From: an uncultured Gemmatimonadota bacterium
GTDB lineage: Bacteria > JAAXHH01
Direction: 5' to 3'
Length of the DNA: 64,000 bases
NCBI GenBank assembly: GCA_951812955.1
Contig: OX638340.1
Coordinates: 2,848,001-2,912,000 of the forward strand
Shown: positions 10,367-19,550 of the stretch, piece after piece
Numbering within the stretch: the stretch's first letter is position 1
Layout of the letters: the number at the start of each line of letters is the position of its first letter
The notes under the pieces: generated by a model
Database searches by the model: none
Seen by the model: the letters and a program-made list of their open reading frames with translations, nothing else
Told to the model about the DNA's origin: nothing
Translations under genes and position numbers: made by a program

Positions 10367-11584
10367 CTACGCGGTGCGTGAAAAACGTTCCAGCGCCGCG
10401 TCGTCGATCCGGACGCCCAGACCGGGATCGTCGGTTACTGGAAACGCGCCGTCGACAGGTTGCGGGGCTTCCAGGGCGTAGCGGCATCTCGTGGGATAGG
10501 ACTCGTGGCCGTGTTCCATGATCAGGAAGTTGGGGATGGCCGCGGACAGCTGGATGGTCGCGGCTATGGACAGCAGGCCACCTCCTCCAATGTGGGGTGA
10601 CACGGGGATGTTGTAAGTCTCCGCGAGCACGGCGATGCGTTTCCCCTCGGTCAGCCCCGTACGGCCGATATCCGGCATCACCACGTCGCAGGTCCTTCTT
10701 TCGAAGGCTTCCCTCATCTCGAAACGGGTGCGGTACCACTCTCCGTTTGCGACGTGCATGTCCAGCGCCCGGGTAACGGCCGCGTGGCCTGCCAGATCTT
10801 CGGGCAGGATAGGCGCCTCCAGCCAGTATACGTCCAATGCTTCCAGTTCCCGGCCCAGCCTGATGGCCCCGGCCACGTCGAATTCGGTGTGGACGTCCAC
10901 CATGACGGCGATGTCCTGACCGACGCGATCGCGGACGGCCGCGGCGATGGCGACTGTTCCTTTATGGTCACTCGCCGGGGAGAGTTTCAGTCCACGGTAA
11001 CCTGCGGCCACGAGACTCTCGGCCCGGTCCGCCGCGCTCTTGGGGTCGCGTCCGGCGCATCCCGAATAAAGCTCGATCCGATCGCGAAACCGACTCCCGA
11101 GCAGTTTATGCACCGGCATGTCCAGCGCCTTGCCCTTCAGGTCCCACAGGGCGATGTCGCAAGCGGCCAGGGCATCGACATAAAAACCGGTCGGATGTCC
11201 CCTTTCCCGCATTCCGTCGAAGAGGCGTTGCCACAGGAACTCCACGTCGAAGGGGTCCGCACCGATCAGTGCGGGGCGGCACAGGTCTTCCACGATGGTC
11301 CGCGTGGTACCTGGCAATATCGGACTTTGCCCTTCGCCGTAGCCGACGAGGCCTTCGTCGGTCGTTACGCGCACCACCAGGGTCTCGTGCATATCCGACT
11401 TGAAAGCGTGTCTGGCCTCCGGTATGAAATAAGGGGAGGACGCGCCGGGCTCAGCGGAATTGTCGCCGTGCGCACCGGGATCGGCGGAGTTGCCGCCGCG
11501 CGTATCCGTATCGCGGCCGTGCATATTCGGGTCCCCTTCTTTCGAGATACGTATAGCGAAAGCTTCGACGTTCGAGATTCTCAT
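10367..11584 (-). CDS. enolase-superfamily enzyme (mandelate racemase/muconate lactonizing enzyme family; acid-sugar dehydratase-like)
   Basis: MR_MLE N- and C-domains (KLSPASDHKG...MVDVH...YWLEAP...DVVMPDIGRTGL...SPHIGGG). Start at MRISNVEAF with AGGA 6 nt upstream. Carries a low-complexity N-terminal insertion. Confidence 0.85.
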   Translation of the reverse strand: MRISNVEAFAIRISKEGDPNMHGRDTDTRGGNSADPGAHGDNSAEPGASSPYFIPEARHAFKSDMHETLVVRVTTDEGLVGYGEGQSPILPGTTRTIVEDLCRPALIGADPFDVEFLWQRLFDGMRERGHPTGFYVDALAACDIALWDLKGKALDMPVHKLLGSRFRDRIELYSGCAGRDPKSAADRAESLVAAGYRGLKLSPASDHKGTVAIAAAVRDRVGQDIAVMVDVHTEFDVAGAIRLGRELEALDVYWLEAPILPEDLAGHAAVTRALDMHVANGEWYRTRFEMREAFERRTCDVVMPDIGRTGLTEGKRIAVLAETYNIPVSPHIGGGGLLSIAATIQLSAAIPNFLIMEHGHESYPTRCRYALEAPQPVDGAFPVTDDPGLGVRIDDAALERFSRTA

Positions 11585-11588
11585 GATT

Positions 11589-12827
11589 TCAATCCTCGGG
11601 CCGTTCACCGGCGGGCGCCATCTTCACCAGCCTGGGTTCGAAGCGGGCCACCACTTCCACCAGGTCGGTCTGCGCCGCCATCACCTCTTCGATATTCTTG
11701 TACACAAAAGGGACTTCGTCGAGACCGGCGGACATGAGCGTGACGCCTCTCTCCCGGAGGATCCGGTTGGCGTCCTGCCAGTTCAGGCTCCTGATCGCCC
11801 GTTTCCGGCTCATCACGCGGCCGGCGCCGTGGGCGGCCGAATTCATGGCGTCCCGGCTCCCCTTCCCACGGACCACGAAGGCGGGACTCGCCATCGAACC
11901 GGGTATGATGCCCAGCACGCCCCGGCCGGCCGGCGTAGCGCCCTTCCGGTGTACCACTGCTTTCCGGTCCGGACGCTGGCCGGGGACGGTGATTCTTTCC
12001 TTCCACGCGAAGTTATGGTGGTTTTCCAGGTCAAGCAACACTTCCGCGCCGAGATAACCGGCCATGTGGCGGTGTATGCAGGCGTGGTTGGCCGCCGCGT
12101 AGTGTCCCATGAGCTCCATGGCCGCCCAGTACTCCTGGCCCGGTTCGGTGTCCAGGTCCAGCCAGGCGAGATGGCGCTGCTCTTTGGACAGCCCGGGACG
12201 CAGGGACATGGCCAGCCTGCTGTAATGGGAGGCGACCATGGCGCCGGTCCCCCGGCTGCCGCTGTGAGAAAGCAGGGCGAGGTAGGCGCCGGTATCCAGC
12301 CCGTTCAACGGTTCGTTCAGGGTCAGTTCACCGAATTCGACGAAATGGTTGCCGCTCCCACTGGTGCCCAGTTGGCTCCAGGCCTTGTCCCTGGCCTTGC
12401 GCGTCACGGGAGATACGGACCAGTTCCGGTCAAGGACCGGGTGACTTCGGCGTTTCTTGAAACTGGATCCGACGCCGAAGCGTGTCTCCGCGGAGATGGC
12501 CTTTCTGAGCCGGTCCGTTCCCCGGTCCTGGCGCAGCGTGTCCAGGGGCATGTCCAGGACGGTCAGTTTCATCCGGCAGGCGATGTCGACGCCCACGGCG
12601 TAGGGAATGACCGCGTTGTCTGTGGCCAGCACGCCGCCGATGGGCAGGCCGTAACCCACGTGGGCGTCCGGCATCAGCGCGCCGGCCAGGGCCACGGGCA
12701 GGGAACAGGCCCGTTCCATCTGCTGGACCGACTGCGCGTCCAGGTCCCGCCCCCACTGCCGATAGGGTATTTTTTTTGGCACTTGCCGCGTTCCTGGATA
12801 AGGGTCCGCAGTCCATACCGCGCGCAT
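11589..12827 (-). CDS. rtcB: RtcB-family RNA ligase homolog (3'-phosphate/5'-OH ligase family)
   Basis: 412 aa with RtcB signatures PDAHVGYGLPIGGV, GSGNHF, AHGAGR and HNF. There is an 11-bp gap to the upstream TauD gene and a 4-bp gap to the downstream enolase-family gene. Confidence 0.8.
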   Translation of the reverse strand: MRAVWTADPYPGTRQVPKKIPYRQWGRDLDAQSVQQMERACSLPVALAGALMPDAHVGYGLPIGGVLATDNAVIPYAVGVDIACRMKLTVLDMPLDTLRQDRGTDRLRKAISAETRFGVGSSFKKRRSHPVLDRNWSVSPVTRKARDKAWSQLGTSGSGNHFVEFGELTLNEPLNGLDTGAYLALLSHSGSRGTGAMVASHYSRLAMSLRPGLSKEQRHLAWLDLDTEPGQEYWAAMELMGHYAAANHACIHRHMAGYLGAEVLLDLENHHNFAWKERITVPGQRPDRKAVVHRKGATPAGRGVLGIIPGSMASPAFVVRGKGSRDAMNSAAHGAGRVMSRKRAIRSLNWQDANRILRERGVTLMSAGLDEVPFVYKNIEEVMAAQTDLVEVVARFEPRLVKMAPAGERPED

Positions 12828-12838
12828 TGCGCGGCGGA

Positions 12839-13729
12839 TCAGAAACCGGCGATCTGGCGGCCGCCGAAGGTCAATCGGTACATGAGCCGTTCATAGCGCG
12901 TATCGTCGAAGGGCGTCGGGGCGTGCAGCGTACACCGGTTGTCCCAGACCACCAGATCGCCCGGGCGCCATCGGTGCATGTATGTGTATTCATCCTGCGT
13001 CGCATGCTCCTGCAGGCCATACAGCAGCGCCTCGCCCTCCGACTTTTCCAGACCCTCGACGGACTCAATGTGGCAGAGGGGGAGATAGAGCGATTTCCGA
13101 TTGGTCTCCGGATGCCGGGCGACCAGGGGCCGGACAATCGGGGGAAACTGCTCGAGGAGCGCCTTGCTGAGCGGTGGCCGGTGCCGGTTTTTCTTCCTGA
13201 GCAGTTCGTTTAGATGATTGTAGGAATGGACGGTTCGGATGGAGTCGATGCGTGCCTTGACGTCGTCCGGCAGGCCCTCGTAGGCCGCGGTCATCCCCGC
13301 GAAGCCCGTCTCCCCGCCCTCGGGAGGCGTGCGTACGCAGAACAGGCAGGAACCGGCCGGCTGGGGATGGCGGAATGAATCGTCCATGTGCCACAGCAAC
13401 GGCGGTGGGTCCGCCTGGATGAAAAGAGCGGTGTGCATGCCGTCCTTCCTGGCATTGCCGATCCGCAGTATGTCGGGATAGTGCGGCACCAGGAAATCCG
13501 GATCGTATTTCTCGTTTCCCTCCGGCGTCCCGAAACGGGTCACGAATCTCAGGAGATCGGCGGGATCGATATGGCCTTGATCACGGATGAGGATCAATCC
13601 ACCCGCTTCGTGAAACGCGGCAATGGCCTGGTTGACCATGGTTTCATCGAGCCTTGCGAGATCCAGGCCGTCGAGTTCGGCTCCGAAACCGGACCGGGTA
13701 ATCGGGATGCAATTGGTTTGTGTGATCAT
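12839..13729 (-). CDS. TauD/TfdA-family Fe(II)/2-oxoglutarate dioxygenase
   Basis: MITQTNCIPI...WHMDDSF...LYLPLCHIES...VVWDNRCTLHAPTPF is typical TauD architecture. Start at the internal ATG (13727-13729) with GGAG upstream; the 198 residues before it in the track ORF are Arg-rich junk. Confidence 0.85.
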   Translation of the reverse strand: MITQTNCIPITRSGFGAELDGLDLARLDETMVNQAIAAFHEAGGLILIRDQGHIDPADLLRFVTRFGTPEGNEKYDPDFLVPHYPDILRIGNARKDGMHTALFIQADPPPLLWHMDDSFRHPQPAGSCLFCVRTPPEGGETGFAGMTAAYEGLPDDVKARIDSIRTVHSYNHLNELLRKKNRHRPPLSKALLEQFPPIVRPLVARHPETNRKSLYLPLCHIESVEGLEKSEGEALLYGLQEHATQDEYTYMHRWRPGDLVVWDNRCTLHAPTPFDDTRYERLMYRLTFGGRQIAGF

Positions 13730-13845
13730 GGTGGAGACGAACTCCGGTACGGTCAGGTGACTGGAAGGGACGCTCCGCACAGCGCAATTTCCCGCGACCG
13801 TGCAGCGCGATTTTCTGCTCCGCACAGCGTAGTGTCCCGCTCCGC

Positions 13846-14934
13846 TCAGCGCAGTTTCCCGCGGCCGAGAATAGGCCATACGGTCTCGACGACCCCGTTG
13901 CGGATTCCGTAGAGGTGGTCGTGAAGAAACAGGGTGACGTCGGTGTAGGCCACCATGAGGTCGAGTTTGTCGCCGACGGCGATTTCGTGATTTGGACTGT
14001 TGAAGGTCACGGTGCCGTGTTCCGCCGACATGCGCACGCTCTTTACGTCTTCGACGCCCACCGGCATGGGCATGCCGAACCACGCGGGCACCGTCTTGAA
14101 CCCGGCGTCCACGATTAGCCGGTCCGGTTCGGGGCGGCTGGTGACCGAAACGTGCACGTATATCGCCGGGTCGGTCCGAACCCCCCAGAGGGAATACATC
14201 ACGTCGTTGAAGATCGCGCCGCCCGCCTGGATCTCGGTGATCCCTTCCAGGTCGGGTGTAACCGACAGTGTGCCGCTTCCTCCGCCGCTCACGATGTCGC
14301 AGGGCAGTCCCGCGGCCCGGCACCGTTCCGCGGAATCCACGAGGTCTCCCACGGCCCGTCTGATCTCCCCGTGTTTCCAGTCGGAGCCTTCCTCCACGCA
14401 GGCATGTCCCTCCCAGGCCATGACGCCCCGGAATCGCAGGCCTGCAGTCTCGTGGACCTTGCGGGCGAGTGCGACGACCGCGTCACCGGGCCGGACTCCG
14501 GCCCGTTCCATGCCCGTGTTCAGTTCGATGAGCACGCCGACTTCGACGCCGGTTTCGACCGCGGTGCGACCCAGGTCCACCAGCGTGGCGTCGCTGTCGA
14601 CGGCGACTTTCACGTCCGCCTGCCTGCAGAGATGGGCCAACCGGGTGTATTTCGGCGGACCCACCACCTGGTTGGCGATCAGGAGGTCCTCGACGCCTCC
14701 CGCGACCATGACCTCGGCCTCGCCGAGCTTGGCGCAGGTGACCCCGATCGCGCCGGCCTTCAACAATCTGTGGGCAATTGCCGGGATCTTGACGCCCTTG
14801 ATGTGCGGGCGCCAGTCCACGCCGGCCTCTTTCAATCGATTCCCCACGGTTCGAATGTTGCTTTCGAGGCGATCCAGGTCTACCCACAGCACCGGGGTAT
14901 CCAGATCCTCCTTATGTATTCCGATCTCGTCCAA
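13846..14934 (-). CDS. DSD1-family PLP enzyme (alanine-racemase-N-like; D-serine dehydratase / D-threonine aldolase-like)
   Basis: 362 aa, N-terminal alanine racemase-like TIM barrel (PHIKGVKIPAIA, the Lys is the PLP lysine) and a C-terminal D-serine-dehydratase-like beta domain. Confidence 0.75.
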   Translation of the reverse strand: MDEIGIHKEDLDTPVLWVDLDRLESNIRTVGNRLKEAGVDWRPHIKGVKIPAIAHRLLKAGAIGVTCAKLGEAEVMVAGGVEDLLIANQVVGPPKYTRLAHLCRQADVKVAVDSDATLVDLGRTAVETGVEVGVLIELNTGMERAGVRPGDAVVALARKVHETAGLRFRGVMAWEGHACVEEGSDWKHGEIRRAVGDLVDSAERCRAAGLPCDIVSGGGSGTLSVTPDLEGITEIQAGGAIFNDVMYSLWGVRTDPAIYVHVSVTSRPEPDRLIVDAGFKTVPAWFGMPMPVGVEDVKSVRMSAEHGTVTFNSPNHEIAVGDKLDLMVAYTDVTLFLHDHLYGIRNGVVETVWPILGRGKLR

Positions 14935-15145
14935 AGTTCGTTCCTCTCTTGTGGCCTTTACTGATCCAGTCGTCGATCAACCTTAACCTCGACAGCGGAT
15001 TCCGACAGAAACAGATATTACACAGAACTGATTATTCGTGATTTTCAAAGCTATGCAGACTGCTAATTGTGTATCATATCGGTACCGCCCGTCAAGGACG
15101 TTAAGCGTGTCTCGGCTGACGGCCGCAATCCTTCTTTCCCGCGGT

Positions 15146-16576
15146 TCAACCCCGGTACCGAACATCCTTGTAAGGTGAAACCAGGGGTTCGTCCGGACAG
15201 TGCAGCCTGCCCTTTACCACCCATCCGCAGTCCCGCGCCTCGAGTTCCGCCACGAGAAGGCCCTGCCAGGCTTCGATCTCGTCTCTGAAGGCCGGATCGT
15301 TCACCATGTTCCGGCACTCGCCGGGGTCCGCGTCCAGGTCGAAGAACTGTTTCCGGCCGATGCGCGGCAGCCAGACGAACTTCCGATGGCCGTCCGTCAC
15401 GTACTGCATTTCCTGTTCGGGCGAATAGCACCAGCAGTGCTCTCCGTGAATGTGGGTTCTCCAGCCGTCCGCGTTACCCCGGATTAATGGAAGCAGGCTG
15501 TGCCCGGTCACGGTGGGCGGCCTGTCCACGCCGGCCGCGTCCAGGATCGTCGGCATGATGTCGCGAAGTTCGGCCACGCCATCGGCGACGGGTGACGTCA
15601 CTTCCTCGCTCCACCCGGCAGGCGGGGAGATGATCAGCGGTATCCTCGCGCTGCCCTCGTAGGCGTAGGTCTTGCGCCAGAGATGGTGATCTCCGACCAT
15701 GTCGCCGTGGTCGGACGTGAAGACGACCCAGGTGTTGGACCAGGCCTCCGGCTCGTATCGATCCATCCAGTTCTTGAGACGCCCGATCTGCGTGTCGATG
15801 AACGAGATCTCTCCGTAATAACCGGACCTGCCGCGATGTATGCGCTGATCCGACTGCCTGCCCCGCCACGCGTTCACGTCCGTTGCGTCGAAGGGCACGT
15901 CGTGCATGTCCGCCCAGTCGCCGATGAACGGCGGCGGGGTCTCCCGGTCGTGGTACAGGTCGAAGTACCAGCCGGGGGGGACGTACGGCGAATGAGGCCG
16001 GGCGAAGCTGACATTGAGAAAGAAGGGTCTCGAACGGTCCCGCTGCGAAATGTAATGGATCGCCCGGCTCATGGTCCATGCGGTCGGATGAAGGTATTCC
16101 TCCGTGTGCCAGGGGCGTCCGATCCAAGCATTCCAGTTGACCCCGTGATCGTCCGGTGTGATGTCCCGTTTTTTTTCCCGGTCGAACCACTGGCGGTATT
16201 CGTCCCGCAGGCCCTGGGCGAACATCCGGCCGGATTCATCCAGCTCCGCCGACTGAAAACCCATGTCCGCCCGTTGCGGAGAGAAGTGTCCCTTGCCCAC
16301 CAGGTGGGTCGCATACCCGGCATCTGCCAGCGTGCCGGCCAGGGTATGAGGGAAGTCGTTGGGTATGGGCCCCTGTCCCCGCCCCATACCGAGGACGCCC
16401 GTGTGCCACTGGTCCATGCCGGTCATCACGGTCGACCGGGCGGGTATGCAGGAAGGTACCGCGGTGTAAGCGTGGGGAAACCGCGTGCCCCGCGCGGCCA
16501 GGTGATCCAGGTTCGGGGTTTCCACCACGGGATGCCCGTCGCAACCCAGACTGTCTCCGCGCATCTGGTCCGCCAT
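15146..16576 (-). CDS. sulfatase (formylglycine-type arylsulfatase family), probably cytoplasmic
   Basis: NVIFIMADQMRGD, the sulfatase signature region AVPSCIPARSTVMTG and GKGHF. Start is uncertain: ATG MADQ at 16574-16576, or a GTG at about 16601-16603 with AGGAG upstream. The longer ORF in the track has no signal peptide. Confidence 0.8.
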   Translation of the reverse strand: MADQMRGDSLGCDGHPVVETPNLDHLAARGTRFPHAYTAVPSCIPARSTVMTGMDQWHTGVLGMGRGQGPIPNDFPHTLAGTLADAGYATHLVGKGHFSPQRADMGFQSAELDESGRMFAQGLRDEYRQWFDREKKRDITPDDHGVNWNAWIGRPWHTEEYLHPTAWTMSRAIHYISQRDRSRPFFLNVSFARPHSPYVPPGWYFDLYHDRETPPPFIGDWADMHDVPFDATDVNAWRGRQSDQRIHRGRSGYYGEISFIDTQIGRLKNWMDRYEPEAWSNTWVVFTSDHGDMVGDHHLWRKTYAYEGSARIPLIISPPAGWSEEVTSPVADGVAELRDIMPTILDAAGVDRPPTVTGHSLLPLIRGNADGWRTHIHGEHCWCYSPEQEMQYVTDGHRKFVWLPRIGRKQFFDLDADPGECRNMVNDPAFRDEIEAWQGLLVAELEARDCGWVVKGRLHCPDEPLVSPYKDVRYRG

Positions 16577-16836
16577 GATGAATATGACATTGGGAAGGGA
16601 CACGGAAGTTCGCTCCTGGTTCAACGTAACGTTACAATGGAGACATCGGGGCCGGGCTTCATAACTTATACTCCATCCGTCTTCTGTCAAGAATCGCCGT
16701 GCCCGTGCGATGGCCGGTGCGCCCGCGGTTAAACCCTTAAACCGCTTGACATTGGGCTTATCTCTTTCACATTTCACTGATGACCTGAAAACGGAAGTCT
16801 GGACAGGATGGCCCTGTACAAGGAGGCATACGCCCT

Positions 16837-18051
16837 ATGGCTGCGCGTGAAAAACCCATTTCCGACGAAGAGCGGGCTTTCTGGGCGGATATACGCCGTC
16901 AGTTCTACCTCGAGGACGGCGTGACTTTCCTCCAGGGCGGTTCGGTAGGTCCGTCCGCGAAGCCCGTGATCGAGCAGGTGATCGATTGGTTGCGCCAGGT
17001 GGAGGCGAATCCGCTTTACAACCAGCGTGAGCAGGTCATGGGGTCTCGGGTCGAGGCGGCCCGCGAAAAAGCAGCGCATTTCACCGGTGCTTCGGCCAAA
17101 AACGTGGCCCTGGTGCTCAACACCACGATGGGCATGAATGTACCCGCCCGCGGACTGCCCCTGCAGCCCGGCGGCGAGGTGCTGATGAGTGACCAGGAAT
17201 ACCCCTCGGTCCAGCGCATGTGGGAGCACATGGCCAGGACGCAGCACGTCCTGGTCCGGAAGGTTCCGCTGCCCACGCCGCCCGATTCGCCGCGAGAGAT
17301 CGTAGACGCCTTCGCCGCCCATATCACACCGCGGACCCAGGTCATGGTCTTCTCACACGTCTATTGCACCACCGGTCTCGTGGCGCCGGTCCGCGAACTG
17401 ACTGCCCTGGCCCATGACCGCGGCGCGGTCGCCGTGGTGGACGGCGCGCACGCGGTCGGGATGGTCCCGGTCGACATCGAAGCCTGGGGATGCGATTTCT
17501 ACGCGAGCAGCACGCACAAGTGGCTGCTCGCGCCCAAGGGCACGGGAATCGTATACGTGGCCGATCCTTACCTGAGTTCGCTACCGGCGCCGATCCTGGG
17601 ATACAATACGGCGCCGTTCAGCCACGCGAGACGATTCGACGTGACGGGGACCCACGATACGACCCATTTCGCCGGACTGGGCGCGGCCATCGATTACCAG
17701 CAGGACATCGGATGGGAAGACCGGATCCGGCCCTACTGCCTGGGCCTGGCCCGGTACCTGCGCGAACTGGTCGAGGAGGAGATCGAGGGCGCCCGCATGA
17801 CCGTGCCGCCGGGCTCCGAGATGTCGGGGTTTCTGACCTCCTTCACCATAGACGGGTGCAGCCTCCACCGCATCGTGCAAATCATGTGGGAGGAATACCG
17901 CATCCAGATCGCCGCGACCCGTGCGGGCGATCTACCCGTCTTCCGGATTTCCACCCATTTCTACGACAGTTACGAGGATATCGACCGGTTCATCGATGCG
18001 TTGAAGACCGTGCTTGCCACCCGGCGCGACGAAGTCTTCGAAGACCGGTAA
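16837..18051 (+). CDS. class-V aminotransferase-fold PLP enzyme (isopenicillin-N epimerase / cysteine desulfurase-like)
   Basis: 404 aa with SSTHKWLLAPKGTG (PLP-lysine motif). AAGGAGG lies 8 nt upstream of the ATG. It is divergent from the sulfatase gene. Confidence 0.85.
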   Translation: MAAREKPISDEERAFWADIRRQFYLEDGVTFLQGGSVGPSAKPVIEQVIDWLRQVEANPLYNQREQVMGSRVEAAREKAAHFTGASAKNVALVLNTTMGMNVPARGLPLQPGGEVLMSDQEYPSVQRMWEHMARTQHVLVRKVPLPTPPDSPREIVDAFAAHITPRTQVMVFSHVYCTTGLVAPVRELTALAHDRGAVAVVDGAHAVGMVPVDIEAWGCDFYASSTHKWLLAPKGTGIVYVADPYLSSLPAPILGYNTAPFSHARRFDVTGTHDTTHFAGLGAAIDYQQDIGWEDRIRPYCLGLARYLRELVEEEIEGARMTVPPGSEMSGFLTSFTIDGCSLHRIVQIMWEEYRIQIAATRAGDLPVFRISTHFYDSYEDIDRFIDALKTVLATRRDEVFEDR

Positions 18052-18161
18052 TAGCTTGGCAATTCGGCACGCGAAGCGAAACGCTCCTTGAGAGCGGTCC
18101 GAAGCGAACAAGCTGTCCTGTCCCTGCCGACCCTGCCGTACGCGCGCAAGGTCCCGATCAC

Positions 18162-19547
18162 ATGTTCAGACTCGAATTCGACCGCGGGACCATCCTGGTG
18201 CATGGCGACAGAGCCACGGTGGCCGAGTTGAAGCTTCCGGGCTGCGCCTTTGACCGGCGGGTGTCGCTTTACCGAGCTCCGGCACGGCATTACCGCGAGA
18301 TCATAACGCGGCTGGCCGACCGGGGATTGACTTACCGGGACGACGCCCGGTCCTACGGCAAACTGGACCTGTCCTTTCAGTCGGACCGGTCTCCCTTCCC
18401 CTATCAACAGGAAGCGGTAGACGCCTGGTGGCAGGCGGGCGGCCGCGGCGTGGTCGTGCTGCCGACCGGGGCGGGAAAGACCTTCGTCGCACTGATGGCG
18501 ATGGCGCGGGTCCAGCGCGGCACGCTGGTAGTCGTGCCTACCATCGACCTGATGCAACAGTGGTACGGCGTGATCTCCAGCCAGTTCGATATCGAAGTGG
18601 GACTGATCGGCGGTGGCTACTACGACGTCGAGCCGGTCACCGTGTCCACCTACGATTCCGCGTACCTGCATATGGAACGGTTCGGCCACCGGTTCGGCCT
18701 GGTGATCTTCGACGAATGCCACCACCTGCCGGGACCCTCCTATCTGATGACGGCCGACCTGTCGCTGGCGCCTTACCGGCTCGGGCTGACGGCCACGCTC
18801 GAACGGGAGGACGGCGCGGAACACCAGTTGAAGGACGCGATCGGAGAGACCGTCTACCGCCAGGAGATCCGCGCGCTAAGCGGGGAATACCTGTCCGGCT
18901 ACGAAACGATAAAAGTCAGTGTGCGCCTTTCCCCGGAAGAACGCGAGGAATACCAGGAGGAAAGGAATACCTACCGCGCGTTCCTGGACAGCCACCGGAT
19001 CTCGTTGTCCGGGCCAAATGGATGGGTCCGTTTTCTGGCGGCGACGTCCCGCAGCGAAGAAGGCCGCCGGGCATTCACGGCCTACCGTACCCAGAAGGCC
19101 ATCGCCCAGGGTTCACAGGCAAAGCTGCGCGTGCTGGAAAGATTGATCCGGCAGCACCGCCGCGACCGCATGCTCATCTTCACCAGCGACAACGAAACGG
19201 TCTACCGCATATCGCGCCGGTTTCTCATTCCAGCCATCACGCACCAGACCAAGGTGAAGGAGCGCCAGGAATTGCTGGCGGCGTTTAACGCCGGTGAATA
19301 CCCCTTCCTGGTCACCTCCCGCGTACTGAACGAAGGGGTCGATGTCCCCGAGGCCAACGTGGCCGTGGTGCTGTCCGGTTCCGGTAGCGTAAGGGAACAT
19401 GTACAGCGTCTCGGCCGCATTCTCCGGCGTGTCGAGGGGAAGCACGCGATCCTGTACGAACTCGTGGCGGAGCAGACGGGCGAGGAATACGCGAGCTCGC
19501 GGCGAAGGCAGCACAGCGCCTACCGGAAAGCCCCGGAAGGGAGGTAA
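18162..19547 (+). CDS. XPB/Ssl2-like superfamily-2 DEAD/DEAH-box helicase
   Basis: Walker A VLPTGAGKT, motif II DECHH, a C-terminal helicase domain (LIFTSDNETVYRIS...TSRVLNEGVDVPEANVAVV...QRLGRILR) and an N-terminal damage-recognition-like domain. Start at MFRLEFD; the track ORF's upstream part is junk. Confidence 0.8.
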   Translation: MFRLEFDRGTILVHGDRATVAELKLPGCAFDRRVSLYRAPARHYREIITRLADRGLTYRDDARSYGKLDLSFQSDRSPFPYQQEAVDAWWQAGGRGVVVLPTGAGKTFVALMAMARVQRGTLVVVPTIDLMQQWYGVISSQFDIEVGLIGGGYYDVEPVTVSTYDSAYLHMERFGHRFGLVIFDECHHLPGPSYLMTADLSLAPYRLGLTATLEREDGAEHQLKDAIGETVYRQEIRALSGEYLSGYETIKVSVRLSPEEREEYQEERNTYRAFLDSHRISLSGPNGWVRFLAATSRSEEGRRAFTAYRTQKAIAQGSQAKLRVLERLIRQHRRDRMLIFTSDNETVYRISRRFLIPAITHQTKVKERQELLAAFNAGEYPFLVTSRVLNEGVDVPEANVAVVLSGSGSVREHVQRLGRILRRVEGKHAILYELVAEQTGEEYASSRRRQHSAYRKAPEGR

Positions 19548-19550
19548 GGC

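Noticed and set aside
11460-12896. 478-aa plus-strand ORF, and the 10754..11737, 15683..16732, 40274..41515, 47548..48792, 51158..52480 and 53508..54389 ORFs
   Set aside because: All are antisense or out-of-frame relative to genes with strong family signatures (RtcB, enolase, sulfatase, FecCD, Rel/SpoT, KorA, PurU). Their compositions are dominated by Arg, Gly, Pro, His and Asp codons from GC-rich wobble.
13730-14323. N-terminal 198-aa extension of the TauD ORF (and similar extensions on ORFs 17490, 2353, 6281, 31388, 37528, 54495..54845, 39241..39903, 46612..48927)
   Set aside because: These are upstream in-frame read-through without stops. The extensions are Arg-rich or low-complexity and lack an RBS. 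Internal Met or GTG starts with SD-like sequences and homology-consistent N-termini were preferred.
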